Assembly: GCA_030765185.1 (NCBI GenBank)
Contig: JAVCDE010000003.1
Location: 64,038-128,037 of the forward strand
DNA from: Candidatus Aceula meridiana
GTDB taxonomy: Bacteria > Omnitrophota > Gorgyraeia > Zapsychrales > Aceulaceae
Direction of reading: 5' to 3'
Length of the DNA: 64,000 nt
The position numbers and the translations under genes were made by a program. Below are positions 1-10,323 of the stretch, one piece after another. Below the pieces are notes generated by a model. That model searched no databases. It was not told where the DNA came from and saw only the letters and a list, made by a program, of their open reading frames with translations. Numbering within the stretch: position 1 is the stretch's first letter; every line of letters starts with the position of its first letter.

Positions 1-246
1 TGCCTGGTTAATTCGCAAAAGACCCTGGTTTACATCGTAAGTCCTCAGGTTGAAAAAGTTCGTAGACTATCGCGTCCCGAGTATTTTGTCTCCAAAACCT
101 ATGATTCGAAGGCCAAAGAGGAGAAATTCTCTCTTCGCGTCAAAGGAACCTCGTATGTTGTTCAGGGAAATTCGCTTCTTAAGGTTGATTTTTGTCATTC
201 TCTAAAAATTGACATCCGCCCTAAGTCAAGCATTCCTACTCTTTAA
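1..246 (+). CDS. 3' end of a hypothetical protein (5'-truncated by window)
   Basis: Frame +1 is open from base 1 to TAA at 244-246 (CLVNSQKTLVYIVSPQ...KSSIPTL*), followed by AT-rich intergenic DNA; no family recognised. Confidence 0.45.
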   Translation, partial: CLVNSQKTLVYIVSPQVEKVRRLSRPEYFVSKTYDSKAKEEKFSLRVKGTSYVVQGNSLLKVDFCHSLKIDIRPKSSIPTL

Positions 247-316
247 TTTAATCATCTATAATATAAAAATTAATACTTTTATTTTAGAAAAGGCCTTTTT
301 TGTGTCTATATATTTA

Positions 317-345
317 TTGACGATTAGGGGCTTTTATGATAATTT
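317..345 (+). promoter_or_regulatory. sigma70-type promoter, possibly giving a leaderless yggS mRNA
   Basis: TTGACG (317-322), 17 bp spacer, TGn-TAATTT (340-345); ATG at 352. Confidence 0.55.
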
Positions 346-351
346 AGGTCA

Positions 352-1041
352 ATGATTCGAGATAATATCTTGCAAATGAAGGATAATATCTCTTTAATTT
401 GTAAGCGTTTAGGAAGAGATCCCAACGAGGTTGTTTTAATTGGTGTTACCAAATACAGCCCGAAAGAGGATGTTGAAAAAGCGCTTGATAGCGGTCTTTG
501 TCATATTGGAGAAAGCAGGGTTCAACAAGCTTTGACAAAGTATCAAGATCTTCGTGTTCCCTCTTCTGTAGAAGTGACTAAGCATATGATCGGCCATCTC
601 CAGACAAATAAAGTTAAGCAAGCTTTGCAAGTTTTTGATATGATCCACTCTGTTGACAGCGTGCGTTTAGGGCAGGAGATTGAGCGCCAATGTGTGAGTT
701 TAGGTCGTAAAATTGATATCTTGGTTCAAGTCAACACCTCTGGTGAGGAGCAAAAATTTGGCATCGCCGAAGCAGAGGCTTTTTCGTTCATTGAGGAGCT
801 TAGCAGCTTTTCACATCTTTGTATCCGGGGCCTCATGGCTATGGCGCCTTTAAGCGAAAACGAAGATGTTATCCGCGATTGTTTTAAAAAAGCACACGAG
901 CTTAAAGATCAAATTAAAAAAAATTTTAAGGCCAAGAATATTCAGATGGATTTTCTTTCTATGGGCATGAGCGATGATTATGCGATTGCCCTGGAAGAGG
1001 GCTCTAACATGGTGCGTATCGGGCGTGCTATTTTTTCATAA
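352..1041 (+). CDS. yggS: PLP homeostasis protein, YggS family
   Basis: VTK PLP-lysine, HMIGHLQTNK, LSMGMSDDY and GSNMVRIGRAIF motifs; adjacent to proC. Confidence 0.96.
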   Translation: MIRDNILQMKDNISLICKRLGRDPNEVVLIGVTKYSPKEDVEKALDSGLCHIGESRVQQALTKYQDLRVPSSVEVTKHMIGHLQTNKVKQALQVFDMIHSVDSVRLGQEIERQCVSLGRKIDILVQVNTSGEEQKFGIAEAEAFSFIEELSSFSHLCIRGLMAMAPLSENEDVIRDCFKKAHELKDQIKKNFKAKNIQMDFLSMGMSDDYAIALEEGSNMVRIGRAIFS

Positions 1042-1056
1042 AATTTAAAGAGGTGG

Positions 1057-1848
1057 ATGATGAGAGAAATTGGAATTATCGGCGGTGGCAATATGGGCGA
1101 GGCCATTCTTGCAGCGATACGCAAAAGTTATTGCGTGAGCGTCTGCGAAGCAAGCCGCAAACGCCAGAAATATCTCCAGAAAACTTATCGCATCAAGATT
1201 CAAGATTTAGCTACGCTTGCCAAGAGTTGCTCTGTATTGATTTTGGCTGTTAAACCTCAAAGCATGAGTGAGGTTTTAAATGAGTTAAAAACTCTTATTA
1301 AGAAAAACACACTTGTTATCTCTATCGCAGCCGGCATCACAACTCAGTATATTGAGAAAAAATTAACTGGCAAAGTGCGTGTTGTGCGCACGATGCCTAA
1401 TTTACCTGCTCAGATTCAAATGGGCATGACAGCTCTGTGCAAAGGGAAAAAAGCAATGAGCACGGACTTAAAAATAGCTGCGGGAATTTTTAATAAAATC
1501 GGTGCGACTTTGGTTGTTAAAGAAATCCAAATGGACGCCGTGACTGCAATTTCGGGAAGCGGGCCGGGCTATGTTTATTTTTTTATGGAGCAGATGATTG
1601 CCGCAGCAATGTCATTAGGATTGAGCAAAAAAGTAGCCAAGGAGTTTGTCATTAAAACCATCGGAGGTAGTGTATGTTTGGCTTTAGTGAAAGGTGAAGA
1701 TGCAGCTTCTTTGCTTGAAAAAGTTACTTCAAAAGGCGGAACAACGCAGGCAGCACTTGATGTTTTTAAAAAGAAGAAATTTGCCAGCATTATGCGCGAG
1801 GCAACCAAGGCCGCAGCACAAAGAGCTAAGAAATTATCAAGGAGTTAA
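1057..1848 (+). CDS. proC: pyrroline-5-carboxylate reductase
   Basis: GGGNMG Rossmann motif, LAVKPQ, RTMPN, SGSGPGY, VTSKGGTT. Confidence 0.96.
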   Translation: MMREIGIIGGGNMGEAILAAIRKSYCVSVCEASRKRQKYLQKTYRIKIQDLATLAKSCSVLILAVKPQSMSEVLNELKTLIKKNTLVISIAAGITTQYIEKKLTGKVRVVRTMPNLPAQIQMGMTALCKGKKAMSTDLKIAAGIFNKIGATLVVKEIQMDAVTAISGSGPGYVYFFMEQMIAAAMSLGLSKKVAKEFVIKTIGGSVCLALVKGEDAASLLEKVTSKGGTTQAALDVFKKKKFASIMREATKAAAQRAKKLSRS

Positions 1849-1851
1849 AAA

Positions 1852-2709
1852 ATGAGAAAAGTCGGCATTGTCGGCGGAAGCGGGCTTTATGATATTGAAG
1901 GTATTCAAGATGTTAAAGAGGTAAAAATTGAAACGCCTTTTGGTGCGCCATCGGATAATTATATCTGTGGCGTTCTTGAAGAGGTAGAAGTTGTTTTTTT
2001 ACCGCGTCATGGAAGAGGCCATCGCGTTAATCCAAGCGAAGTTAACTATCGCGCTAATCTTTATGGCATGAAGAAGCTAGGCGTGAGTGCTATTTTATCT
2101 GTTTCAGCTTGCGGAAGCCTTAAAGAAGAATTAAAACCTATGGATTTTGTTATTCCGGATCAATTCTTGGATAGAACAACAAAAAGAGAATCAACCTTTT
2201 TCAAAGATGGTATTGTTGCTCATGTCGCTTTTGCTGACCCGATTTGCCCTAAACTTTCTGACATTCTAGAAAAAAGCGCGAAGGAAGTAGGTGCTGTTGT
2301 TCATCGTGGGGGAACTTATGTCAACATAGAGGGGCCGCAGTTTTCTACAAAGGCAGAGTCTAATCTTTATCGGTCTTGGAACATGGATATCATTGGCATG
2401 ACTAACGCGACTGAGGCCAAGCTTGCCCGTGAAGCAGAAATTGCTTATGCGACGCTTGCGGCTGTAACCGATTATGACTGCTGGCATCCATCTCATGAAA
2501 GCGTCACCGTTGAGATGATCATTGAATATTTAACAAAGAATGTCGATAGCGCGAAAAAGATTTTAAAAAAAGCTATTGTTCAGGTAGCAGGTGTTGAAAT
2601 ATTATTGGCAGAGAGCGCTTTACAGCATGCCATGATTACAGATAGAAAACAAATTCCTGAAAAAGCAAAGAAGGATTTAGAAATTATTATTGGCAAGCAT
2701 CTAAAATGA
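1852..2709 (+). CDS. mtnP: S-methyl-5'-thioadenosine phosphorylase
   Basis: [38 protein letters not shown]. Confidence 0.93.
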   Translation: MRKVGIVGGSGLYDIEGIQDVKEVKIETPFGAPSDNYICGVLEEVEVVFLPRHGRGHRVNPSEVNYRANLYGMKKLGVSAILSVSACGSLKEELKPMDFVIPDQFLDRTTKRESTFFKDGIVAHVAFADPICPKLSDILEKSAKEVGAVVHRGGTYVNIEGPQFSTKAESNLYRSWNMDIIGMTNATEAKLAREAEIAYATLAAVTDYDCWHPSHESVTVEMIIEYLTKNVDSAKKILKKAIVQVAGVEILLAESALQHAMITDRKQIPEKAKKDLEIIIGKHLK

Positions 2710-5510
2710 ATTATCGCGAAACATTAAATCTTCCTAAAACAAATTTTTCTATGAAGGCCGGCTTGGCTCAAAAAGAGCCGACGTTTTTAAAAAGCTGGGA
2801 AGAAGAAAAAGTTTATGAAGCCATTCGGGAAAAGTCTAAAGGCAAGAAGAAGTTTATTCTGCATGACGGCCCGCCGTATGCTAATGGCCATATTCATATC
2901 GGCCATGCTTTAAATAAAATTCTCAAAGACATTATTGTTAAATTTAAAACCATGCAGGGATTTGACAGCCTCTATGTCCCTGGGTGGGATTGTCATGGGC
3001 TTCCGATTGAGCACCAGCTTTTAAAAGAAATGAAAACGCATAAATCACAGGTAGAGCGGGTAGAGTTTCGGAAAAAAGCTCATGATTATGCGATGAAGTT
3101 TGTTGAAATTCAGCGTGAAGAATTTAAACGTTTAGGTATTTTTGGTGAATGGGACAATCCGTATTTGACGCTGAATTCTCAATATGAATATTCGATTTTA
3201 AAATCTCTCGCTACGATGAATAAAGAAAAATATCTTTATCGAGGATTAAAACCTGTCAATTGGTGCGCAGTATGCGAAACGGCATTAGCAGAGGCTGAAG
3301 TCGAGTACGAAGACCATAGCTCGCCGTCTGTTTACGTTAAATTTCCGGTTGAGAATCCTGAAGATGTTTTGCCTGAGCATAAAGGAAATGTCTTTTTGCT
3401 TGTTTGGACAACAACGCCTTGGACGTTGCTGGCTAATGTGGCTGTGGCTGCACATCCAAGCTATAAATATGTTTTTGTTAGCGTAGGCGATGATGTCCTT
3501 ATCTTAGAAAAAACTCTTTCACAATTTGTTCTAGAAAAAGGCGGCATCAAAGATTTTAAAATTATCAAAGAATGCACAGGCCAGGATTTAAAGAAAATAA
3601 AATATACGCATCCATTCGAATTAAGAAAAAGTTGTCCTGTGGTGACCGTTGACTATGTCACCAAGGAAGATGGAACCGGCCTTGTGCATACAGCGCCAGG
3701 GCATGGACAAGAAGACTTTGAGACTGGATTAGAATTTGGCCTTGATGTTGTGGTCCCTGTTGACCATCGAGGGGTTTTCACCAAAGAAGGCGCAGAGTTT
3801 GAGGGCAGCCATGTCTTTAAAGCTAATCCAAAAATTATCGAGCGGCTAAACGAAAAAGGAATTCTTTTCTTTAGCGAAGACGTTGGACATTCCTATCCGC
3901 ATTGCTGGCGTTGCAAAAAGCCGATCATATTTCGCGCGACAAAACAATGGTTTGTTAAAATCGACGCCAATCAATTGCGCGCCAAGCTTTTAAAAATTAT
4001 TCAAAGTGACGTGAAATGGATTCCTGAATCAGGGAAAGAGCGTATTTCGAGCATGGTGAAGACAAGACCAGATTGGTGTTTGTCTAGACAACGCTATTGG
4101 GGTGTTCCTATTCCTGCGTTGGTTTGTCATGGCTGTAATGACGAGCAGAAATTATTTACTGAAGTTATTGATCATTTTGCAGAAATTGTGAAAGTCGAAG
4201 GGACAGATGCCTGGTTTAAGAAAGACGTTAAAGATTTAATTCCTAAAGGATTTCTTTGTCCGGATTGCGGCAAAAGTGATTTTGAAAAAGCTGATGATAT
4301 CTTGGATGTTTGGTTTGATTCTGGCGTTAGCCATCAGGCTGTTGTGAAGGGGATGATGAAAGAAAGTTTGCCCACAGACCTTTACCTTGAGGGGTCGGAT
4401 CAGCACCGTGGATGGTTTCAGTCTTCTTTGATTCCCGGAGTGGCTATAGAGGGCAAAGCGCCGTATAAAGCTGTGTTAACCCATGGATTTGTTGTCGATG
4501 GAAATGGACGCAAGATGTCGAAATCTTTGGGCAATGTAACTTCACCGCAAGATATTATTAAAAATTATGGAGCAGATTTTTTAAGGTTGTGGACTGCCTC
4601 GAGCAATTATAACGAGGATATTCGCATCTCTAAAGAAATTATGGATCGCTTAATCGACGCCTATCGCAAAATTCGAAATACTGTTCGCTTTATGTTAAGC
4701 AATGTATCAGATTTTGATCCGAATCAAGCTGTTGAATTTAAGGACATGCTTGAGCTAGACCAGTGGGCGTTGTACCGATTGGGGTTAACTAAAGATTTTG
4801 TTGAAAAGAAATACGATGAATATAGTTTTTCAGAAGCCTACAAGGCAATTTATTCATTTTGTAACGAGGAGATGTCGGGCATTTACCTTGACATCTTAAA
4901 AGATAGATTGTATACTTTTGCCTCGAAATCATTGGAGCGACGTTCAGCGCAAACAGCTCTTTATCATATTTTAAATCATTTGGTTCGCCTGTTGGCCCCT
5001 ATCCTTTCTTTTACAGCACAAGAAGTGTGGGAGGCAATGCCGAAAGAAGATAGTATTAAAAATGTCAGCAATGTTCATCTTTTGGAACTATTGCCAACTC
5101 TAAATGAATGGAAGGAAGCAGGCGTTGATAAGCGGCTAGGTTTTCTTTTGGCGGACTTAAGGCCACATATTCTTAAGGCTTTAGAGGATAAAAGACAGCA
5201 AGGCTTAATTGGTAGTTCCCTTGAGGCAAAGGTGATTATTGAAAGCGCGAGTGACAATATTTTAAAACAATTAAGCCCGTTTAATCAGGTTATGCTTAAT
5301 GCTGTTTTTATTGTTTCGCAGACTGAGGTAAAAAAAGTCTTTGACGTTAAGGAAGGATTAAGTCAGGAGTTTTCAAAGACAAGAGTTGTTGTTGAGAAAG
5401 CGCAAGGGCAAAAGTGTTCTCGTTGTTGGAATTATTGTCAAGATATTGGGCAAGACGCGCAGCATCCTGAATTATGTGGTCGTTGTCTTGACGTTGTTGG
5501 TAAGAAATAA
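2706..5510 (+). CDS. ileS: isoleucine--tRNA ligase (type 1)
   Basis: [31 protein letters not shown] editing domain, KMSKS, C-terminal CSRC..CGRC zinc finger. Confidence 0.98.
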   Translation: MNYRETLNLPKTNFSMKAGLAQKEPTFLKSWEEEKVYEAIREKSKGKKKFILHDGPPYANGHIHIGHALNKILKDIIVKFKTMQGFDSLYVPGWDCHGLPIEHQLLKEMKTHKSQVERVEFRKKAHDYAMKFVEIQREEFKRLGIFGEWDNPYLTLNSQYEYSILKSLATMNKEKYLYRGLKPVNWCAVCETALAEAEVEYEDHSSPSVYVKFPVENPEDVLPEHKGNVFLLVWTTTPWTLLANVAVAAHPSYKYVFVSVGDDVLILEKTLSQFVLEKGGIKDFKIIKECTGQDLKKIKYTHPFELRKSCPVVTVDYVTKEDGTGLVHTAPGHGQEDFETGLEFGLDVVVPVDHRGVFTKEGAEFEGSHVFKANPKIIERLNEKGILFFSEDVGHSYPHCWRCKKPIIFRATKQWFVKIDANQLRAKLLKIIQSDVKWIPESGKERISSMVKTRPDWCLSRQRYWGVPIPALVCHGCNDEQKLFTEVIDHFAEIVKVEGTDAWFKKDVKDLIPKGFLCPDCGKSDFEKADDILDVWFDSGVSHQAVVKGMMKESLPTDLYLEGSDQHRGWFQSSLIPGVAIEGKAPYKAVLTHGFVVDGNGRKMSKSLGNVTSPQDIIKNYGADFLRLWTASSNYNEDIRISKEIMDRLIDAYRKIRNTVRFMLSNVSDFDPNQAVEFKDMLELDQWALYRLGLTKDFVEKKYDEYSFSEAYKAIYSFCNEEMSGIYLDILKDRLYTFASKSLERRSAQTALYHILNHLVRLLAPILSFTAQEVWEAMPKEDSIKNVSNVHLLELLPTLNEWKEAGVDKRLGFLLADLRPHILKALEDKRQQGLIGSSLEAKVIIESASDNILKQLSPFNQVMLNAVFIVSQTEVKKVFDVKEGLSQEFSKTRVVVEKAQGQKCSRCWNYCQDIGQDAQHPELCGRCLDVVGKK

Positions 5511-5585
5511 GAATTTTAAAAAAAGTAAAGAGACGTCTGAAATATTTGTGTTTTTAGCGTATCTTAGAAGCTAAGGAGTTTTTAG

Positions 5586-5969
5586 ATGAAGAAGAAATTA
5601 GATAAGAAAAAGTTGCTTGAATATCAAAAAGATTTGCTAGCGATTAAAGAGAAAATTGTTGCGGATATTAAGCAAATTAATAAAAATGCCTCTCCCTCCG
5701 AGAGAGGTGATTCTGGCGATGTTTCTGGCCACGTGATGCATTTAGCTGACGTTGCCACAGACATGTATGATAGAGAATTTTCTTTAGGACTTGCCTCTAA
5801 AGATCGTGAGCTTCTCAGCAAAATTGACAAGGCTTTAAGGAAATTCGAGGACAATAGTTTTGGAATTTGCTCAAAGTGCGAATGCCCGATTCCTCAACTT
5901 CGGCTTAAAGCTATTCCTTACGTTGAGAACTGCCTAAAATGCCAAGAAGAAATTGAAGATGCCTTGTAG
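5586..5969 (+). CDS. TraR/DksA C4 zinc-finger protein (YteA-like)
   Basis: Coiled coil with HLADVA tip, CSKC...RLKAIP...CLKCQ; SD AAGGAG. Confidence 0.88.
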   Translation: MKKKLDKKKLLEYQKDLLAIKEKIVADIKQINKNASPSERGDSGDVSGHVMHLADVATDMYDREFSLGLASKDRELLSKIDKALRKFEDNSFGICSKCECPIPQLRLKAIPYVENCLKCQEEIEDAL

Positions 5970-6016
5970 TCGGTTGTTCGTTTCTTTTTCGGAAAACTCA
6001 TCCTTTTAAAAGGCTT

Positions 6017-6487
6017 ATGACACATTCACAAAAAGCAGCCTTTATTGCTACGTTCACGGTTTTTACTGTTGTCATTTTTGACCGTATTTCTAAAGTTTTT
6101 TTCTCTCATATTTTAAGTCTTGGCGAATCAATTCCGGTTATCCGTAATATTTTTCATGTTACGCTTGTACACAATACAGGGATTGCTTTCGGATTCTTTA
6201 AAAGTTACGGCATCCTTTTTGTTTTCATTTCACTTGCGGCGATTGTTTTATTTATTTTTTATCTTTATCGTAATCGTCATTATGGGCAGCTACGCCTTAT
6301 TGAGACTTTTGCTTTCTCCCTTATTGTTTCAGGGGCAATAGGCAATTTGATTGATCGTTTAAGTTTTGGTTATGTTGTTGATTTTATTGATTTTCGTTTT
6401 TGGCCTGTTTTTAATGTCGCCGATAGCGCGATTACTATTGGAACAATTATTGTTTTAATCAAATGCATCCCATTCTTTTCCAAATAG
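6017..6487 (+). CDS. lspA: lipoprotein signal peptidase II
   Basis: NTGIAFG, GAIGNLIDR, VVDFI, FNVAD motifs; hydrophobic segments. Confidence 0.96.
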   Translation: MTHSQKAAFIATFTVFTVVIFDRISKVFFSHILSLGESIPVIRNIFHVTLVHNTGIAFGFFKSYGILFVFISLAAIVLFIFYLYRNRHYGQLRLIETFAFSLIVSGAIGNLIDRLSFGYVVDFIDFRFWPVFNVADSAITIGTIIVLIKCIPFFSK

Positions 6488-7191
6488 GACCGGTTACTAT
6501 TTACTCTTATGGCGCCATGTTGGCGGTAGCTCTTATTGTGTGCTCTTTGCTTTTAGGCCAAGAGGCAAAGAGAAAGGGGATTGATCCTGATATTATTGTT
6601 GATTTAATCTTTTGGCTTGCAGCTTGGGGCATTGTTGGAAGCCGGATTTTTTTTGTGATTCTAAATTTTTCTTTTTTTAAAAAAAATCTTTTTGAGATTC
6701 TCATGGTTCATCATGGGGGTTTAGCCTGGCAGGGTGGGCTTATATTCGCTTCGCTGGCAGGTATTATTTTTATTAAACGTAAGAAACTTTTGTTTTGGGA
6801 AACATTAGATCTCGTTGCTCCTTATGTGGCTTTAGGGCAGGCCATTGGGCGCATAGGTTGTTTTTTAAACGGTTGCTGTTATGGTCAGCCCTCAACTTGT
6901 GGAATTTATTTTCCAGTTCATCAAGATATTTTGTACCCTACGCAGCTGTATTCATCTTTTGCGCTTATTTTAATTTTTGTTGTTTTGAAGTTTTGTCAAA
7001 AATTTAATCCACCCCATGGTCAGATTTTTTTCTGGTATTTTATTCTAGCCTCTGTTCAGAGGTTCTTTATTCAATTTTTAAGAGCAGACTATGATCCTAT
7101 TTTTTTAGGGTTAGGTATTTTTCAAATCGTTAATCTCATTATCCTTACATTGGCTTTCTATGGAAACATATATTTTAACCGTCGACGATAA
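6463..7191 (+). CDS. lgt: prolipoprotein diacylglyceryl transferase (GCCYG subtype)
   Basis: MHPILFQIG start, SYG, QAIGRIGCFLNGCCYG, PTQLY, RFFIQFLR. Confidence 0.9.
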   Translation: MHPILFQIGPVTIYSYGAMLAVALIVCSLLLGQEAKRKGIDPDIIVDLIFWLAAWGIVGSRIFFVILNFSFFKKNLFEILMVHHGGLAWQGGLIFASLAGIIFIKRKKLLFWETLDLVAPYVALGQAIGRIGCFLNGCCYGQPSTCGIYFPVHQDILYPTQLYSSFALILIFVVLKFCQKFNPPHGQIFFWYFILASVQRFFIQFLRADYDPIFLGLGIFQIVNLIILTLAFYGNIYFNRRR

Positions 7192-8047
7192 AGGGGAGGT
7201 TCGGTTAGATATTTTTTTAGCCGGTGCCTTGCCTTTTTGCCCTTCTAGAAATTTTGCTCAAAATCTTATTGAAAAAAAGAATGTGACTGTTAACGGAAAG
7301 CATTGTAAGTCTCATTACAAGATGCACGAGGGGGATAAGGTTGTTGCCGTTGTCGAAGCGCAGAAACCCTGCACTGTCGAGCCTGAAAATATTCCTTTAG
7401 ATATTTTTTACGAAGACGAGGATTTGATTGTTGTGAATAAACCTATCGGCATGACAGTCCATCCGGCAGCAGGGTGTTATTCGGGGACTTTGGTTAATGC
7501 TTTGGTTTTTCACCAGGAAAATCTTTCGAGTGTTAATGATGCACTTCGGCCTGGTATTGTGCACCGGTTGGACAAAGAGACATCAGGGCTTATTCTTGTT
7601 GCTAAAAATAATATGGTCCATGCAAAATTAGCTAAGCAGTTTGAAAAACGCATTATTAAAAAACAATACGTTGCCGTTGTGCAAGGATTGGTTAAATTTG
7701 ACGAAGGGTTAGTCGACGCTCCTCTCGGGCGCCATCCGATTCATCGCCAAAAGCGTGCTGTTCTTTTTGCTGACGCAAAAGAAGCCCAAACTGTTTACCG
7801 AGTTTTAAAACGTTTTCAAAAAACAACGCTTATTAGCTTGATGCCAAAGACCGGACGCACACATCAATTGCGTGTTCACATGGCGTACTTGGGACACCCT
7901 ATCTTGGGAGATGAAAAATATGGAAAGAAAAATTCTTTTAAGCGGTTGGCCCTTCATGCGCAGAGAATTGGATTTTATCATCCGAGCTTTTCAAGATATA
8001 TGGAATTTTCTTCTCTTACTCCTAAGGAATTTCTTAGCCCAGATTAA
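7160..8047 (+). CDS. rluD: RluA-family pseudouridine synthase with S4 domain (RluD-like)
   Basis: S4 domain, VVNKP, HRLDKETSG catalytic Asp, TGRTHQLRVH, HPILGDEKYG. Confidence 0.9.
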   Translation: METYILTVDDKGEVRLDIFLAGALPFCPSRNFAQNLIEKKNVTVNGKHCKSHYKMHEGDKVVAVVEAQKPCTVEPENIPLDIFYEDEDLIVVNKPIGMTVHPAAGCYSGTLVNALVFHQENLSSVNDALRPGIVHRLDKETSGLILVAKNNMVHAKLAKQFEKRIIKKQYVAVVQGLVKFDEGLVDAPLGRHPIHRQKRAVLFADAKEAQTVYRVLKRFQKTTLISLMPKTGRTHQLRVHMAYLGHPILGDEKYGKKNSFKRLALHAQRIGFYHPSFSRYMEFSSLTPKEFLSPD

Positions 8048-8081
8048 GAAATTTCACGTGTCTTGATTTTGGAATATCCCC

Positions 8082-8109
8082 TTTACTTCTAACCAGTTTT
8101 TTTTATAAT
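8082..8109 (+). promoter_or_regulatory. putative sigma70 promoter
   Basis: TTTACT (8082-8087), 16 bp spacer, TATAAT (8104-8109); downstream SD AAGGAGG. Confidence 0.45.
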
Positions 8110-8145
8110 ACTATAGATACTTTAATAGATATTTAAGGAGGAACT

Positions 8146-8961
8146 ATGTTTAACAGAGCAGGAAAAACCTCGGTGATTTTTTTAATTGTTTTTTCGATCT
8201 TACTTCTTTCTTTAACGGCGATCACTATGTTTTTATTTCAGAAGGAGAGAGAGCTTCGGAAGATGACTGAAGCAAAGCTTGAGATGTCGCAAGAAAATCA
8301 TGACAAAGTGGTTAAAGATCTTGAGGAAGCAAAGCAACAAATTTTTATTCTTGATGAACAAAAAAAGGAGATTCAAGAAAAAATTGAAGGCATTTTAGAT
8401 GATTTGGAGCTTGAAAAAGGTCTCAGGGAAGAAATGAAAAACGAGAGTCTTGCTTTGTCAAAAGAAGTAGATAGTCTGACCGCAGAAAAAGAAAGATTTC
8501 AGCAAGCAGCAATCGAATTACGCGAAAAGGCGGATGGCTTAGAAGATCAGCTTGCAGAGGAGCAAAATCTTAGGCAAGAGGCTCAAGCGGAGCTAGAAAG
8601 AATTGTTCAATGGAGAGAGCAAGATTTTCCGAGTGAGGGCGGAGATGAGGTTGTCGATGAAGGCGAGGACGTGAGTCTTGATAAAATTGTTGTTAGCTCG
8701 GAGGAAAAAGGGTTTGAGCCCGGGGGCATCATTGAGATAGAAATTTTAAAAGTTAATGCGGAAAATAATTTTATTATTATTAATGTTGGAAAATCCGGGA
8801 ACGTAGAAGAAAATACAGTCGCTCAAGTTTTTCGCGGCGATAAATTATTAGGTGAAGTAAAAATCACACGCGTTCAAAAAAGTATGTCTGTGGCCGATGT
8901 CGTGCCACCTTTAACGGCAAGTGAAATTAAGATTAACGATAAGGTTGTGTTAAAAGAATGA
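8146..8961 (+). CDS. bitopic membrane protein: N-terminal TM, coiled coil, C-terminal beta domain (MreC/FlgT-C-like)
   Basis: Hydrophobic residues ~9-31, heptad-rich acidic region, C-terminal FIIINVGKSGNVEEN...GEVKITRV beta pattern; strong SD. Confidence 0.8.
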   Translation: MFNRAGKTSVIFLIVFSILLLSLTAITMFLFQKERELRKMTEAKLEMSQENHDKVVKDLEEAKQQIFILDEQKKEIQEKIEGILDDLELEKGLREEMKNESLALSKEVDSLTAEKERFQQAAIELREKADGLEDQLAEEQNLRQEAQAELERIVQWREQDFPSEGGDEVVDEGEDVSLDKIVVSSEEKGFEPGGIIEIEILKVNAENNFIIINVGKSGNVEENTVAQVFRGDKLLGEVKITRVQKSMSVADVVPPLTASEIKINDKVVLKE

Positions 8962-10250
8962 TTCTTTTGCTTCAACCGTCTGCGTCGATTAAAGGAACGA
9001 TAAACCTTCCTTCTTCAAAATCTTATTCAATTCGCTCGGCACTCATTGCCGCCTGCGGAGGAAAATCTCAGGTCAATAATATTTCTTCTTGCGATGACGC
9101 CAAGGTTGCGTTGCGCGCCGCTCGATATCTTGGAGCGAAAGTTACCTCTTCGAAGAAAAATAGTATTACAATTTCAGTCCAGCAGGAGAAAAAGCTTTCA
9201 TCTTCTTTAAACGTGGGAGAATCAGGCACTGTTTTACGCTTTATTCTTCCTCTTGCTGCTTTGCGGCCTACAAAAAGCATAATCAAAGGAGAAGGAACTC
9301 TTTGCGCTCGTCCTAACAATCATCTTATCGAAACATTAAAAAAGATGGGTTGCGACATCCGAGGAAAAGGAAAAAAACAAACTGTTCCCATCACTCTTAG
9401 CGGGGGAGAATTGGGCGGAGGCAAACTCAGTATCGATGGGAGTTTAAGTTCTCAATTTGTTTCTGCGCTTTTGATTGCCGCACCCTTACTCCAAGAGAAT
9501 TCAAAACTTTTTATAAAAGGAAAAAAAGTTGTTTCGCAAACCTACATCCAAATGACATTGTTGGTTTTGCGCAAAACTGGAATTCGCATTGAACAAATTT
9601 CAAAGCGTTTGTTTTTAATCAAAGGGAAGCAACGCTACAAAGGGTTGAAAAAGTTTATTGTCCCATCCGATTATGGCTTGGCTGCTTTTTGGCTGGCAGC
9701 AGGTGCCTTGTTAAATTCAGACGTAATTTTAAAAGGCTATTTTGACCATCGACTAGTCCAAGCTGACGGAGCGATTTTGGACTTTTTAAAAAGAATGGGA
9801 ATCTGTTTTCAATCAACGAGGAAGCAGTTGCGCATCAAAGGCCCTTGCGTTATTAAAGGCGGTTCATTTTCTTTGAAAAATTCTCCGGATCTTTTGCCGA
9901 TTATGGCTGTGATGGCAATGTTTGCTAAAAGTAAAACACGTCTTTACGGCATTGCCCATGCCCGTATTAAAGAATCTGACCGGATTAGTGATTTAAGAAA
10001 TGAACTTCTTAAAGTGGGTGCTAAGATTACTGAAAAAAAAGATGAAATTATTATCTATCCTCAAGAATTCTATAAAACAGCCACCCTAGACCCTCATAAC
10101 GACCATCGATTGGCTATGGCCTTTGCAATCCTAGGATTGAAAATTGGCCTTAAAGTCAAGAATGTTGAATGTACAGCAAAATCTTATCCAGAGTTTGTTT
10201 TTGATTTAAAGAAAATACGGGCTAAAGTTAGAAAAATCAAAAACCTTTGA
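8958..10250 (+). CDS. aroA: 3-phosphoshikimate 1-carboxyvinyltransferase
   Basis: PSSKSYSIR, GESGTVLR, SSQFVSAL, RIKESDR, HNDHRLAM, KSYPEF. Confidence 0.95.
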   Translation: MILLLQPSASIKGTINLPSSKSYSIRSALIAACGGKSQVNNISSCDDAKVALRAARYLGAKVTSSKKNSITISVQQEKKLSSSLNVGESGTVLRFILPLAALRPTKSIIKGEGTLCARPNNHLIETLKKMGCDIRGKGKKQTVPITLSGGELGGGKLSIDGSLSSQFVSALLIAAPLLQENSKLFIKGKKVVSQTYIQMTLLVLRKTGIRIEQISKRLFLIKGKQRYKGLKKFIVPSDYGLAAFWLAAGALLNSDVILKGYFDHRLVQADGAILDFLKRMGICFQSTRKQLRIKGPCVIKGGSFSLKNSPDLLPIMAVMAMFAKSKTRLYGIAHARIKESDRISDLRNELLKVGAKITEKKDEIIIYPQEFYKTATLDPHNDHRLAMAFAILGLKIGLKVKNVECTAKSYPEFVFDLKKIRAKVRKIKNL

Positions 10251-10253
10251 TGG

Positions 10254-10282
10254 TTGACAGTTTTTAGCTTTTCATATAGTAT
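10254..10282 (+). promoter_or_regulatory. sigma70 promoter of the mre operon
   Basis: TTGACA (10254-10259), 17 bp spacer, TAGTAT (10277-10282). Confidence 0.6.
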
Positions 10283-10323
10283 GGATATATTAATAATATT
10301 AATATAAGTATAGGAGAATTATA

